Below are positions 63,479 to 64,000 of a stretch of 64,000 bases of DNA, piece by piece (within the stretch, counting starts at the first letter, position 1; the number at the start of each line of letters is the position of its first letter). The notes under the pieces were generated by a model. It worked only from the letters and a program-made list of their open reading frames with translations. It was not told the origin of the DNA and searched no databases. The DNA comes from Squalus acanthias. Taxonomy: Eukaryota. The stretch lies in assembly GCA_030390025.1 (NCBI GenBank), contig CM059431.1, positions 124,436,001 through 124,500,000 on the forward strand, written 5' to 3'. The position numbers were made by a program, and so were the translations under genes.

Positions 63479-64000
63479 GGGCTGGATTTTGAATGACCCA
63501 TGGAGTCGGGTTTGGAGGCGTGTGGGGGGTTAAATTTGCGGGGTCGGTGTTTCCGACCCCATCCCGACTCCATCCCGCCTCCACGCAATTTTGACATAAT
63601 CAGTCGCGGGGTTCCCGATTCTGTCCCGCCTCCAAGAGGCGGGAGAGGCCATTAAAGCCCTTAACAAGCTCTAAATTGGCTCTATAATGCGATTTTGAAA
63701 CGCTGTAGCTAGTTTAACCCTCTTCTGACGTGAAGCACGCCTGGTGTGAAACACTCCAGTGAAACCTGGCGGGAGCAGAAGTGGATAGCTGGCTTTCGGC
63801 TGCAAGTGCACTATTACAACGGAGATGTGTTGAAGGTGTTAGTATTAGGTCTGAACATTGCCTGTGATGCTGCTGCATTGAATGTCTTAAGACACTGGCT
63901 GGGAGGACTTACTTGGCAAAAAAAGTCTCTCTTTTCTCTCTCTCTCTCTCTCTCTCACCCACCCCCCCCCATTTCTGCATCCAGGTCCACTCACATCATA
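63479..64000 (+). mobile_element. Probable Harbinger terminus running off the window
   Basis: Starts GGGCTGGATTTT; the CCCGCC-rich subterminal region resembles 30410-30750. Confidence 0.5.

Overview
Repeat-dense vertebrate genomic DNA with no recognisable host exon. The repeat mix (CR1 and L2 LINEs, tRNA-headed SINEs, Penelope-type fragments, many PIF/Harbinger elements and MITEs) suggests a cartilaginous fish; this is an inference. The main feature is a young 9.5-kb retrovirus-like LTR element on the minus strand (15171-24688). It has two 1722-bp LTRs with no differences seen by eye, a GGAG target-site duplication, and a tRNA-Arg primer-binding site overlapping the gag ATG. Its gag carries a coiled coil, a PSAPPSY late domain and a CCHC knuckle, and ends in a UGA-CUAG readthrough context followed by a hairpin. 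The in-frame ORF beyond that stop is not pol but an unknown ~382-aa ORF. An intact env follows, joining an Ig-like domain to a paramyxovirus/baculovirus-F-type fusion protein. No protease, RT, RNase H or integrase is visible. Two diverged solo LTRs of the same family lie tail-to-tail at 48237-51694. The provirus sits inside a Harbinger transposase and the solo LTRs appear to sit in Harbinger-like DNA. Also present are ~97-bp inserts with minimal hammerhead ribozyme motifs, deep TE nesting and a 1.7-kb minisatellite. All calls were made by eye; no database searches were run.
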